A stretch of 64,000 nt of DNA from an uncultured Gemmatimonadales bacterium (lineage in GTDB: Bacteria > Gemmatimonadota > Gemmatimonadetes > Longimicrobiales > RSA9): the NCBI GenBank assembly GCA_963798845.1, contig CAWCUS010000005.1, positions 256,001 through 320,000 on the forward strand. The letters are read 5' to 3'. The notes under the pieces were generated by a model. It had not been told where the DNA came from. It saw nothing but the letters and a program-made list of their open reading frames with translations, and did not search any database. Made by a program: the position numbers and the translations under genes. Below are positions 19,826-29,209 of this stretch, piece by piece. Within the stretch, counting starts at the first letter, position 1. Each line of letters begins with the position of its first letter.

Positions 19826-21175
19826 ATGTCCACCATCCTGATCGCCGATGACCAGCCGGACGTGCTCCAGGCGCTCCGTCTCCTGCTGAAGGGAGAAGGC
19901 TTTCGCGTGGAGACTGCCGCGTCGCCGGACGCGATCCTGGATGCCGTGGCCGAGAAGGACTTCGACGCCATCCTGATGGACCTGAACTACGCCCGCGACA
20001 CCACTTCTGGGCGCGAGGGGCTGGACGTCCTGACGAAGCTCCGGGCGCTGGACAGCACGCTGCCGGTGGTGGTCATGACCGCCTGGGGAAGCGTGGAGGG
20101 TGCGGTGCAGGCCATACGGTTCGGAGCACGGGACTATATCGAGAAGCCGTGGGACAACGCGCGCCTGCTGAGCCTTCTGAGGACGCAGATCGAGCTGGCG
20201 AAGACGCTCCGGGAGAAGCAGACGCTGGAAGGCGAGAACCGCCTGTTGCGCAAGCAGGGGCTGCCGGAGTTCATCGCCGACAGCCGTGCAATGCAGCCGG
20301 TGCTGCGCGTGATGGAGCGGGTGGGCCCGTCGGATGCGAACGTGCTGGTGACCGGTGAGCACGGGACGGGGAAGGAGGTGGTGGCGAGGTGGCTGCACGC
20401 GGCGTCGCGTCGCCGGGAAAAGCCGCTGATCGCGGTGAACGCGGGGGGGTTCAGCGAGACGCTGTTCGAGAGCGAGCTGTTCGGCCACGTGAAGGGCGCG
20501 TTCACGGACGCGAAGACGGACAGAGTCGGGTGCTTCGAGCTGGCGGACGGGGGCACGCTCTTCCTGGACGAGATCGCGAACATCTCGCCGAAGCAGCAGG
20601 CCAAGCTGCTGCGAGTGCTGGAGACTGGCGAGATCCAGCGGGTGGGGTCGTCGAAGGCGAGGCACGTGGACGTGCGCGTGATCTCGGCGACGAACGCGGA
20701 CCTGGACAAGGCGATCGCCGAGGGGGTGTTCCGCGAGGACCTCCTGTACCGGTTGAACACGGTGGAGATCCGGCTGCCGCCGCTGCGCGACCGACGCGAG
20801 GACATCCCGCTCCTGGCCGCGCGCTTCCTGGAGCACCAGGGCGACCATTACGGGAAGGCGGTGACGGGCTTCGACCGTGCGGCCATGCAGGCGCTGCTGG
20901 ACCATCCGTGGCCGGGGAACGTGCGCGAGCTGGAACACGTGGTGGAGCGCGCCGTGCTCATGGCGCACGGCGACGCGATCCAGGAGGGGGACCTGAATCT
21001 CCGCGTGCCGTCGGAAGCGCTGGATCGCCTCGACAAGATGACCCTGGACCACGCCGAGCGGGTGCTGATCCAGCGAGCGCTGGAGCGCTACGACGGCAAC
21101 GTGAGCCGAGCCGCCGCGGCGCTCGGGGTTTCGCGCAGCGCCCTCTATCGGAGGCTGCAGAAGCACGAGCTATGA
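19826..21175 (+). CDS. Sigma-54-dependent NtrC-family response regulator
   Basis: REC domain; GEHGTGKE; ESELFGHVKGAFTDA; WPGNVREL; Fis-type HTH. Confidence 0.96.
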   Translation: MSTILIADDQPDVLQALRLLLKGEGFRVETAASPDAILDAVAEKDFDAILMDLNYARDTTSGREGLDVLTKLRALDSTLPVVVMTAWGSVEGAVQAIRFGARDYIEKPWDNARLLSLLRTQIELAKTLREKQTLEGENRLLRKQGLPEFIADSRAMQPVLRVMERVGPSDANVLVTGEHGTGKEVVARWLHAASRRREKPLIAVNAGGFSETLFESELFGHVKGAFTDAKTDRVGCFELADGGTLFLDEIANISPKQQAKLLRVLETGEIQRVGSSKARHVDVRVISATNADLDKAIAEGVFREDLLYRLNTVEIRLPPLRDRREDIPLLAARFLEHQGDHYGKAVTGFDRAAMQALLDHPWPGNVRELEHVVERAVLMAHGDAIQEGDLNLRVPSEALDRLDKMTLDHAERVLIQRALERYDGNVSRAAAALGVSRSALYRRLQKHEL

Positions 21176-22503
21176 GCACCGACCCCAGGTGGAGCCGGCT
21201 CACGCACGAGCGCCGCGTTTTCCTCCTGGCGCTGCTCGTGGGGCTTCCGGGGTCGGTGATCGCGCTCATCCTGCTCTGGACCGGCGATTTCGCCCCGCGG
21301 CTTCAGTGGACCCTCACGCTCGTCGTGGTTTCCGTCTGGCTGGGCACTTCCCTCCTCCTCCGGGACCATGTGAGCCGTCCGCTCCAGACGCTCTCCAACC
21401 TGCTCGCGGCGCTGCGGGAAGGCGACTTCTCCATCCGGGCTCGCGGGGCCCGGCCGTGGGACTCGCTGGGGCTCGCCCTGCTGGAGGCGAACACCCTCGG
21501 AGCGACGCTACGCGAGCAGCGCCTGGGCGCGGTGGAGGCGAACGCGCTGCTGCGCAAGGTCATGGCGGAGATCGACGTGGCCGTGTTCGCGTTCGATGGA
21601 GAGGGCCGCCTGAAGCTGGTGAACCGCGCGGGTGAGCGCCTCCTCGGCCGGCCCATGCCACGGCTGCTCGACCGGACGGCCGCGGAGCTTGGCCTCGCCG
21701 AAGCGCTGACGGGCGAGACGCCGCGCGTGGTGGACTGGCGGTATCCCGGCGGGCACGGCCGATGGGAGCTGAGGCGCACGCCGTTCCGCCAGGAAGGGCT
21801 CCCCCATCAGCTCGTGGTGCTCACGGACCTCAGCCGCGCGCTTCGTGAGGAGGAGCGACAGGCGTGGCAGCGCCTGGTCCGCGTGCTCGGCCATGAGATC
21901 AACAACTCCCTGGCGCCGATCCTGTCGCTGACCGAGAGCCTGGAGCGCCTGCTCGACCGGGATCCGCAGCCGCCCGACGCGGGCGAGGATGTGCGCGAAG
22001 GCCTGGCCGTGATCTCCGGCCGGGCGCGGGCGCTGAACCGGTTCATGGCATCCTACGCCCGGCTCGCCCGTCTCCCCCCGCCGGACCTAGCGCCTATGGC
22101 TGTGCGGGACTGGGTGGAGCGCGCCGCGGGGCTCGAGACGCGCCTCCCCGTGCGCGTGGCCGGGGGGCCCGAAGCGACCATCGTGGCCGACGCGGACCAG
22201 CTCGACCAGCTTCTCATCAATCTCATCACCAACGCGGTGGACGCGTCGCTGGAGACGGCGGGAGGGGTGGAGGTGGAGTGGAGCCGGAGGGACGGGTCGC
22301 TGCGCGTCGTCGTCCGGGACGATGGACCGGGGATCGCCGACAGCGCCAACCTGTTCGTCCCGTTCTTCACGACCAAGCGCCACGGCACGGGGATCGGCCT
22401 CCCGCTGAGCCGGCAGATCGCGGAGGCGCACGGGGGCACCCTCGCGCTGCGGAACCGGCCGGACGGCCACGGCTGCGAAGCCATGCTGGTCCTCCCGCTC
22501 TGA
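21172..22503 (+). CDS. Membrane sensor histidine kinase (PAS)
   Basis: Two TM segments; H-box VLGHEINNSL; N, G1 (DDGPG), F (FFTTK) and G2 (GTGIGL) boxes; ATGA overlap with the regulator gene. Confidence 0.93.
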   Translation: MSTDPRWSRLTHERRVFLLALLVGLPGSVIALILLWTGDFAPRLQWTLTLVVVSVWLGTSLLLRDHVSRPLQTLSNLLAALREGDFSIRARGARPWDSLGLALLEANTLGATLREQRLGAVEANALLRKVMAEIDVAVFAFDGEGRLKLVNRAGERLLGRPMPRLLDRTAAELGLAEALTGETPRVVDWRYPGGHGRWELRRTPFRQEGLPHQLVVLTDLSRALREEERQAWQRLVRVLGHEINNSLAPILSLTESLERLLDRDPQPPDAGEDVREGLAVISGRARALNRFMASYARLARLPPPDLAPMAVRDWVERAAGLETRLPVRVAGGPEATIVADADQLDQLLINLITNAVDASLETAGGVEVEWSRRDGSLRVVVRDDGPGIADSANLFVPFFTTKRHGTGIGLPLSRQIAEAHGGTLALRNRPDGHGCEAMLVLPL

Positions 22504-22570
22504 GCGTGGGCGACCGGCCCCGAGAGGGTCCCCTTGGGCACCGGGGGCGGCGGGCACTACATTGCCGGGC

Positions 22571-22960
22571 ATGGCAGCCAAACTCAGTCCCCGCGCCCGT
22601 GCGAACCTGGCCGGCGTCCGGAAACTGGCGGAGCTGGTCCAGTCTGCGTACTCGCAGGTGGAGCGGTTCGCCGCCACGCGCGAGGCGGCCCACGCCGAGC
22701 TCATGGCCCAGCCGCTGAAGCGGACGTTCGGGAAGCTCAAGCTCGAGCTGAGCGGCGCGGGCCACGACACCATGTCGCAGCTCGCCGCGGCCATGGAGAT
22801 CGCCGCGGGCAGAAGCGGCTCTCAGCGGCGCAAGACACAGATCCTGCGCGAGGGCGTGGGCTCGCTCCGCTTCCAGCTGGAGATGGAGGAGCGGCGAATC
22901 GTATCGGACGACCAGGCCGCCCAGGCGAAGGCGGATGCGTCCGAAGCCGTCGACGGCTGA
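22571..22960 (+). CDS. Hypothetical helical protein
   Basis: Fills the intergenic gap; strong GC3 bias; amphipathic helices. Confidence 0.7.
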   Translation: MAAKLSPRARANLAGVRKLAELVQSAYSQVERFAATREAAHAELMAQPLKRTFGKLKLELSGAGHDTMSQLAAAMEIAAGRSGSQRRKTQILREGVGSLRFQLEMEERRIVSDDQAAQAKADASEAVDG

Positions 22961-22978
22961 CGGACCCGGATCCGGACC

Positions 22979-24043
22979 GTGCCGCGGCGTCACTCACTCC
23001 CGGTGGAAGGCCTGATCCGCCGCATCAGAGGCGGCCTCTCGGAGCCCGTACGCCAGCTCCAGCTCTCGCTGCTGCTGCTGCTCGGGCTCGTCCTCATCGG
23101 CGTGGCCGGGTACATGACGCTGGAAGGCTACGACCTCGTCAATGCCTTCTTCATGACCGTCATCACCCTCGCGACCGTCGGCTTCGAGGAGGTGCATCCG
23201 CTCAGCCCCGTGGGGCGCGTCTTCACGAGCTTCCTCATCATCTTCGGCGTCGGAACCGTCGCATGGGCGATCAGCAACGCCGCCGAGGTGATGCTGGGAC
23301 AGACGTTCTGGAAATCCGTCCAGCACAGAAGGAACATGGAAATGGTCGAGGATCTGAGGGACCACCACATCGTGTGCGGGTACGGTCGACTGGGCCGCCA
23401 GATCATCCGCGACCTGAACGCGCGCGGCGAGCCGTTCGTCATCGTCGACTGGAACCCCGAGCTGGAGGAAGAGCTGCTGGAGGAGCACCTTCCGCACATC
23501 GTGGCGGACGCGTCGAGCGAGGAGACGCTGCGCGAGGCGGGGATCACGTGGGCGCGGGGGATGGTGGCGGCGCTGGACGACGACGCGCAGAACGTCCTCA
23601 CCGTCCTCACCGCGCGGGAGCTGAATCCCCGTCTGCTGATCATCGCGCGTGCCGGGACGGAGAGCCTGGAGAGCAAGCTCCTGCGCGCCGGTGCCGACCG
23701 GGTGGTGACGCCCTCGTCCATAGGCGGCCACCGTCTCGCGCTCGCCCTGCTCCGCCCCGCGGTGCACGACTTCTTCGGCCGCATCTTCACACTGGGCGCG
23801 GAGCCGGACGTGGACGTGGGCCAGATCACCGTGCCCGAGCGCTCCCCGTTCGCCGGGCAGACGATCGCAGGGTGCGACCTCAGGCGCGTGCGCAACATCT
23901 CGATTCTGGCCATCCGCACGCCCGACGGGAGCTTCGACCTGAATCCCGGCGCCGGCCGCACCATCCGCCCCGGCGAGACGCTGATCTTCATCGGTCCCGC
24001 CGACTCCGTGTACGACCTGGAGGCCATGTACTCGGAGGGGTGA
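22979..24043 (+). CDS. Two-TM potassium channel with RCK (TrkA-N/TrkA-C) domains
   Basis: Pore filter TVGFEE; Rossmann motif IVCGYGRLG; KLLRAGADRVV. Confidence 0.92.
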   Translation: MPRRHSLPVEGLIRRIRGGLSEPVRQLQLSLLLLLGLVLIGVAGYMTLEGYDLVNAFFMTVITLATVGFEEVHPLSPVGRVFTSFLIIFGVGTVAWAISNAAEVMLGQTFWKSVQHRRNMEMVEDLRDHHIVCGYGRLGRQIIRDLNARGEPFVIVDWNPELEEELLEEHLPHIVADASSEETLREAGITWARGMVAALDDDAQNVLTVLTARELNPRLLIIARAGTESLESKLLRAGADRVVTPSSIGGHRLALALLRPAVHDFFGRIFTLGAEPDVDVGQITVPERSPFAGQTIAGCDLRRVRNISILAIRTPDGSFDLNPGAGRTIRPGETLIFIGPADSVYDLEAMYSEG

Positions 24044-24083
24044 GACCCGGCCCTGGCCGTTCCGGCGCGATGGGGCCCCTTTC

Positions 24084-26642
24084 CTACTCCAGCAGCGCCG
24101 CCGCCCTGAACAGCGGGTCGGCCTCCTGCAGCAGCTTCCCCCGGAGCCGCGGCGGCAGGTCGGGGTGGGTGTCAATGAAATCGCGCACGATCCGCGCGGC
24201 CGCTGGCGAGCTGTGGCCGCCGAGGGTGGCGCCGAGCCAGCGACCCGGAAAGAAGATGTCGCCCGTGTCGTGGATCTCCTCAAGCATGACCAGGCTGGGC
24301 TCGATGTACCTGCGCGACGACTCGGCTCGCAGGGGATGGTGCAGGTAACGCAGCGCCGCCACCACCCATTCCTCGTGCGTGCGGTTGGCCGGCTCGGCCA
24401 GCGCCGCGAAGAAGCTGTCCCGGACCGCGGGGTCCGCCGAGACCGCGGGCATGATGAACTCGAAGCGGGCGCGCCGGTCCGGATTTTCGATCGCGTCGCG
24501 CTGGGCGCGCAGCACGTCGTCCCACCCCGGCGCCTCTCGCACGGCGAGGGCGAAGGCGAGGGCGCTCCGATCGTTGTCGGACAAGGAGAGGCCGGGGATG
24601 CTGTCGTCGCCACTCCAGAGCGCGTGCATGCGGGCCAGCGCTCCCGGGGAGAGGGCCATGGAGCGCCAGGCGTCCAGGTACGCGCCCTTCGCCGACGAGG
24701 TCGTCGCCTGTCGGATCCAGGACCAGAGCACCGGCTCGATGCGAGCCGCCCGCTCGGCGCGTGTGGCGGGGTCGGTGAAGCGCCAGAAGAGGGTCTCGAG
24801 GCCGTCGAGCGCCGCTTCCGCCAGCAGCTCGTCCTGGTCCGGAGCCGCGAGCGCGAGGGCGAGGTCGGTCATCGCCGCCGTCGAAACCTTCCCTTCCAGC
24901 ATCATCTCCCACAAGTCGATCCAGCCGGCCGCCCGGGCGACGACGTCCGGCACGTCCTGGAGCGACCGGACGAGAGAGTCCGCGGTGGCGGCATCCAGGA
25001 GGAAGAGGCCGTAACCGAGCCCGTCTCCGTTCGGCAGGATGGGCACGAGCGGCGGGCGCGAGGCGTCCTGGACCGGAACGGACGCCGTGGCGGCGTCCAT
25101 GGTCAGCGGATGGTCGTCCCAACGCTCTCCCTCGAGGGTGCGCACGGTGGTGTGCTGTGGCCAGACGAGGCCGCGCCCGCGAGGGTCCGCCTGGAGCAGC
25201 CCGACGGCGTCGCGCCCGCGCTCCACGGCGACGGTCGGACGGCCCGGCTCGTCGATCCAGACGCGACTCCACGCGCCCACATCGAGCGGTGTGACGTCGT
25301 CCAGGTCCGCGACCAGGTCGCTCCACGTGGCGTTTTCGTACTCGTGGGCCGCGAGATACCGTCGGAGTGCGCTGCGGAATGCGTCCTCGCCCGTGAGCCG
25401 CTCGAGCTGGCGCATGACGATGGGCGCCTTTTCGTAGATGATGTTGCCGTACAGGGAGCCGGCGTCGTCGAGGTTCTCCAGCGCCTGCCGGATCGGGTTC
25501 GCGCCCGGCGTCCGGTCGACGGCGTAGGCGGCCGGGTAGTGGGCCAGCAGGAATCGGAGCTCGTGGTTCACGTCCGGGAAGGACGGGTTCACGATCTTCG
25601 CGGCCATGAAATTGGCGAACACCTCCTTCATCCACACGTCGTCGAACCAGCGCATGGTGACCAGGTCCCCGAACCACATGTGCGCCGTCTCATGAGAGAT
25701 GGTGTTGGCGCGGCTCAGCTCCTGGTTGCGCGTGGCCGACTCATCGAGAAAGAGCGTGCTGGCCCGGTACAGGATGGCCCCCGGGTGCTCCATCCCGCTG
25801 TACTGGAACGATGGGATCGCCACGAAGTCGAACTTCCCGAACGGGTAGGGGATGCCCGTGTACGCCTCGAGCCACTTCAACGCCGCAGCATGGAGGTCGA
25901 AGAGCGCCTCGACGTTCCGCTCCACCTTGCCCGCGTCCGTCTCCCGGTGGAAGAGCCGCATCCGGCGTCCGTCCCGCACGGCCTCCTCCACCTGGAAACG
26001 ACCCGCCGCGAACGCGAACAGGTATGTCGGAAGCGGCTTCGTCTCGGCGAATCGATAGCGGACGACGCCCTCCGTCTCCGCCACGTCCGCCGCTTCGCCG
26101 TTCGCCACCGCCTTCCATTCCGACGGCACTGTCAGGGTGAGGCGCAGGGGCGCCTTGAGGTCGGGCTGGTCGAAGCAGGGGAAGGCCTCGTGGGCGCGGT
26201 CCGGGACGAAGAGGGTGTACAGGAAGTCGTCGCGCCGGTTCAGCGGCCCGTCCCCGGCCACGAAGTCCACGCGCACCTCATTCTCCCCCTCGACCAGCGG
26301 GCCAGCCGGAATGATGATGTGTCCGTTCTCGAAGCCAGCGCGGATGCCGGAATGGCCTACCCGAACCGCCCGGACGGTGGCCGTGTTGGCGAAGTCCAGA
26401 ATCACCGGCCCGCGCTCCTCCAGCCGGAATTTGATGACGACCTGGCCCTCCACGGCCGCGTCCCGACCGGCTGGGACCGACAGGTCGAGAGAGTAGCGGA
26501 TGGCGGACAGCGTGGCGGCGCGATGCTCGGCCAGCTCGCGCGAGACCCCCGGCGCAGTCAGCGGGTTCCCCATGAGTCCGGGCGACACGGCAGCCACCAG
26601 GAAGGCGAGCGCCAGCAGGGGCGCGTGTGTGACTGGAGACAT
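24084..26642 (-). CDS. pepN: M1 family aminopeptidase N, exported
   Basis: SGMEHPG; HETAHMWFGDLVTMRWFDDVWMKE (HEXXH-X18-E); IIYEKA; signal peptide. Confidence 0.92.
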   Translation of the reverse strand: MSPVTHAPLLALAFLVAAVSPGLMGNPLTAPGVSRELAEHRAATLSAIRYSLDLSVPAGRDAAVEGQVVIKFRLEERGPVILDFANTATVRAVRVGHSGIRAGFENGHIIIPAGPLVEGENEVRVDFVAGDGPLNRRDDFLYTLFVPDRAHEAFPCFDQPDLKAPLRLTLTVPSEWKAVANGEAADVAETEGVVRYRFAETKPLPTYLFAFAAGRFQVEEAVRDGRRMRLFHRETDAGKVERNVEALFDLHAAALKWLEAYTGIPYPFGKFDFVAIPSFQYSGMEHPGAILYRASTLFLDESATRNQELSRANTISHETAHMWFGDLVTMRWFDDVWMKEVFANFMAAKIVNPSFPDVNHELRFLLAHYPAAYAVDRTPGANPIRQALENLDDAGSLYGNIIYEKAPIVMRQLERLTGEDAFRSALRRYLAAHEYENATWSDLVADLDDVTPLDVGAWSRVWIDEPGRPTVAVERGRDAVGLLQADPRGRGLVWPQHTTVRTLEGERWDDHPLTMDAATASVPVQDASRPPLVPILPNGDGLGYGLFLLDAATADSLVRSLQDVPDVVARAAGWIDLWEMMLEGKVSTAAMTDLALALAAPDQDELLAEAALDGLETLFWRFTDPATRAERAARIEPVLWSWIRQATTSSAKGAYLDAWRSMALSPGALARMHALWSGDDSIPGLSLSDNDRSALAFALAVREAPGWDDVLRAQRDAIENPDRRARFEFIMPAVSADPAVRDSFFAALAEPANRTHEEWVVAALRYLHHPLRAESSRRYIEPSLVMLEEIHDTGDIFFPGRWLGATLGGHSSPAAARIVRDFIDTHPDLPPRLRGKLLQEADPLFRAAALLE

Positions 26643-26756
26643 GATCGTGTGGGCGGAATCCGCGCAGGGCGGCGGGCGCGACCGGGCGCCCGTCATCCCG
26701 CGCTTCCGGTTTCCTCCTTCCGCTGGAAGGGCCGGGGGGCGCCGGAGTATTCGGCG

Positions 26757-27182
26757 CTAGACCAGCCGGGCCTGGACCGTGATCTCGGGACCCGTGAGCG
26801 CCTGAGAGACCGGGCACCCTTTCTTGGCGGCTTCCGCCTTCTCCTGGAACTCGTCCTCGCCGATGCCGGGGACTTCCACCTCCGTCTCGAGCAGGATCCG
26901 GTTGATCCGGAAGCCGGCGTCCCCCTTCACCAGGCTCACTTTCGCGGTGGTGGCGACACGCTTCGGCTCGTAGCCGGCGCGACCGAGCTCCCCCGCGAAC
27001 GCCATGGAGAAACAGCCCGCGTGCGCTGCGGCGATCAGCTCCTCCGGGTTCGTCCCCTCCCCTTCCTCGAAGCGGGATTGGTAGGAGTACGCGCCGTCGA
27101 AGGCGCCTCCACCGAAGCGCATGTGCCCGGTCCCCTCTCTCAAGCTCCCGATCCACTCCGCCTTCGCGGTCCGTATGGCCAT
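26757..27182 (-). CDS. osmC: OsmC family peroxiredoxin
   Basis: GTNPEELIAAAHAGCFSMA and AKKGCPVSQAL motifs. Confidence 0.96.
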   Translation of the reverse strand: MAIRTAKAEWIGSLREGTGHMRFGGGAFDGAYSYQSRFEEGEGTNPEELIAAAHAGCFSMAFAGELGRAGYEPKRVATTAKVSLVKGDAGFRINRILLETEVEVPGIGEDEFQEKAEAAKKGCPVSQALTGPEITVQARLV

Positions 27183-27246
27183 GTCCTCTCTCCGTTCAGA
27201 TGTGTGGCCGGGCTGCCGCGGACCCTGCCGGCATCGCCCGGTCCGG

Positions 27247-28020
27247 TCAGAAGTTCTTGTCGCCCTGGAGCAGCCCACCCAGGAGATCGCCACCGAGGCC
27301 GCCGACGCCCTTCTTCTCGCCACGCTGCGTGGACCGGGCAGCCTGCATGACACGGTCCGCGAGGCGCGAGAAGGGGAGGCTCTGGAGGAAAACCGGCCCC
27401 GGCCCCGTCAGCTGTGCCAGGAACAACCCCTCGCCACCGAAGAGCGCGTTGCGCACCCCGCCGATGAACTGGATGTCATAATCGACGGATTCCGCCAGCG
27501 CCACCAGGCAACCCGTGTCCACCCGGAGCCGCTGCCCGCGCTCCAGGTCGCGGCGAACGACGGTGCCCCCCGCGTGCACGAACGCCATGCCGTCGCCGGT
27601 CAGACGCTGGAGAATGAAGCCCTCGCCGCCGAACATCCCGGCACCCAGGCGCTTCGTGAAAGCCACCTCGATCTCGATCCCCGCGGCGGCGCAGAGGAAG
27701 CCGTCGCGCTGGACCAGGATGGTGCCGCCGAACTCCTTCAGGTCGACAGGGATGATCTTGCCCGGGTAAGGCGCCGCGAAGGCGGCGACCGCCTTCCCCG
27801 TGCCCGTGTGCAGGAACGACGTGATGAAGAAGCTTTCGCCGGCGAACACCCGCTTCAGGCCCCTGAACACGCCGCCTCCCGTGGAGGTCTGGATCTCGAT
27901 ACCGTCCGTGACGTAGAGCATGGCGCCCGCCTCGGCCCGCACGGCCTCGCCGGGGTCCAGGGCCACCTCCACCAGCTGCATGTCGTCGCCCAGGATCCGG
28001 TAGTCGATCACGTCCGCCAT
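27247..28020 (-). CDS. TIGR00266/AIM24 family protein
   Basis: DDMQLVEVALDPGEAVRAEAGAM; repeated FGGEG motifs. Confidence 0.92.
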   Translation of the reverse strand: MADVIDYRILGDDMQLVEVALDPGEAVRAEAGAMLYVTDGIEIQTSTGGGVFRGLKRVFAGESFFITSFLHTGTGKAVAAFAAPYPGKIIPVDLKEFGGTILVQRDGFLCAAAGIEIEVAFTKRLGAGMFGGEGFILQRLTGDGMAFVHAGGTVVRRDLERGQRLRVDTGCLVALAESVDYDIQFIGGVRNALFGGEGLFLAQLTGPGPVFLQSLPFSRLADRVMQAARSTQRGEKKGVGGLGGDLLGGLLQGDKNF

Positions 28021-28099
28021 GGCTGTCTCCCCGTCTCTCGTTTGGGTCAAGGGTGTGCCGTCGAGTCGGGAAAGTGATGGCAGGCGGAGGTGGCCGGCA

Positions 28100-28125
28100 A
28101 CCCCGGACCACGTTTCCATTTTCCG
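28100..28125 (+). repeat. Left arm of perfect 26-bp inverted repeat
   Basis: ACCCCGGACCACGTTTCCATTTTCCG is the exact reverse complement of 29159-29184. Confidence 0.95.
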
Positions 28126-28170
28126 TTCTCCGGAGGATCAACGACCGGCGGTTCCGGCCTTCCCGGCAAC

Positions 28171-29106
28171 TCAGCTCCGGGGTTGGTGCCTCACCCGGGC
28201 GACCGTCGCCGGGCTGACGTCGAAGAAGCGAGCGATGACACCCGTGCGGAATCCACGCTCGGCCGCCTTACCGATCAGGTCGCTGCGCAGTTTCGCGTGC
28301 GGCCGAGGCAACCACGACCCCCGCAGCCGGTCCACCGGTGCCGCCCCGCCGGCACCTGCCAGCTGAGTCGCGATGAAGTCACGCAGGTCCGGAAGCCGAG
28401 CGTACGGGTGCAGCCGGGACCAGGACGGATTCAGAGGGAAAGTCTGCGCCCAAACCGCGTCGCCCGCCGGGAACTGAGGAGTGGATTCCAGCGGGGGCGA
28501 CGGGACCCAGGCCTCTCCCGTGCAATGGCTTCTTCCCCTCATGCGCCGAAGAAGGAGGGTCATGTAGTTGAGACATAGCATATTGTCCGATTGCCCACTC
28601 TCGGTTGCGAACAACTCGAGGATGATCCGACGGACCCGGGGATCCACCCCGGGCACGAGGATGTCCGCGTCTGGCTGGTAGACAGCGTGCGTCGTCCAGC
28701 GGTAGAGGAGGTCGTCGCCACAAAGCCCGGCGCGCCAAGGGTTCAGGTGCGCGTACACCAGCGCCTCGCGAACATGCGCGGCGCTCGCGCACAGGCGATC
28801 GCGGTACCGGCGTTCCACGACACCGCCCTGGAAGCGATGATATCGCTGCACCAGAAGAGCCACTCTCCGGAGGAGAGGCTGCATGACGGCCGAAAGGTCC
28901 ATGACGCCCTGGCGAAGCAGGATGTGGAGGTGATTCGGCATCACCGTGTAGGCGACGAGGCGCGCGTCCGTCCTCGCCACCATTCCGGCGACGAGCCCCG
29001 CGATCTCGTCGCGAAGCGCCGGCACGTACCAGGGCTCTCCCCTGTGCGTGCGCGTAACCAGATGGAAGATCATCCCCGGTGCGTACGGCCGCTTGCGTCT
29101 TCCCAT
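28171..29106 (-). CDS. REP-associated tyrosine transposase (RAYT, Y1_Tnp) with C-terminal HTH-like domain
   Basis: IFHLVTR; AYTVMPNHLHIL (HUH); VYAHLNPWRAGL (catalytic Tyr); YRWTT; IARFFDVSPATVAR. Confidence 0.88.
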   Translation of the reverse strand: MGRRKRPYAPGMIFHLVTRTHRGEPWYVPALRDEIAGLVAGMVARTDARLVAYTVMPNHLHILLRQGVMDLSAVMQPLLRRVALLVQRYHRFQGGVVERRYRDRLCASAAHVREALVYAHLNPWRAGLCGDDLLYRWTTHAVYQPDADILVPGVDPRVRRIILELFATESGQSDNMLCLNYMTLLLRRMRGRSHCTGEAWVPSPPLESTPQFPAGDAVWAQTFPLNPSWSRLHPYARLPDLRDFIATQLAGAGGAAPVDRLRGSWLPRPHAKLRSDLIGKAAERGFRTGVIARFFDVSPATVARVRHQPRS

Positions 29107-29158
29107 GCCCGAGCATGCTCCCGTCTCCGGGGCATCGCGATAGGCAGGTGCGCCAATC

Positions 29159-29184
29159 CGGAAAATGGAAACGTGGTCCGGGGT
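29159..29184 (-). repeat. Right arm of perfect 26-bp inverted repeat
   Basis: CGGAAAATGGAAACGTGGTCCGGGGT. Confidence 0.95.
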
Positions 29185-29209
29185 GGCGCGGGGTGGCGGG
29201 GTGGGGGGG

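Larger units (their letters stand above)
28100..29184. mobile_element. RAYT locus bounded by inverted repeats
   Basis: HUH/Y1 transposase gene between two perfect inverted 26-mers; no target-site duplication seen. Confidence 0.7.

Noticed and set aside
28021..28119. N-terminal extension METWSGVA of the AIM24 ORF
   Set aside because: The ATG comes from the inverted repeat; the family start with SD is at 28020.
28085..29200. Target-site duplication around the RAYT unit
   Set aside because: The flanks immediately outside the repeats do not match as direct repeats.
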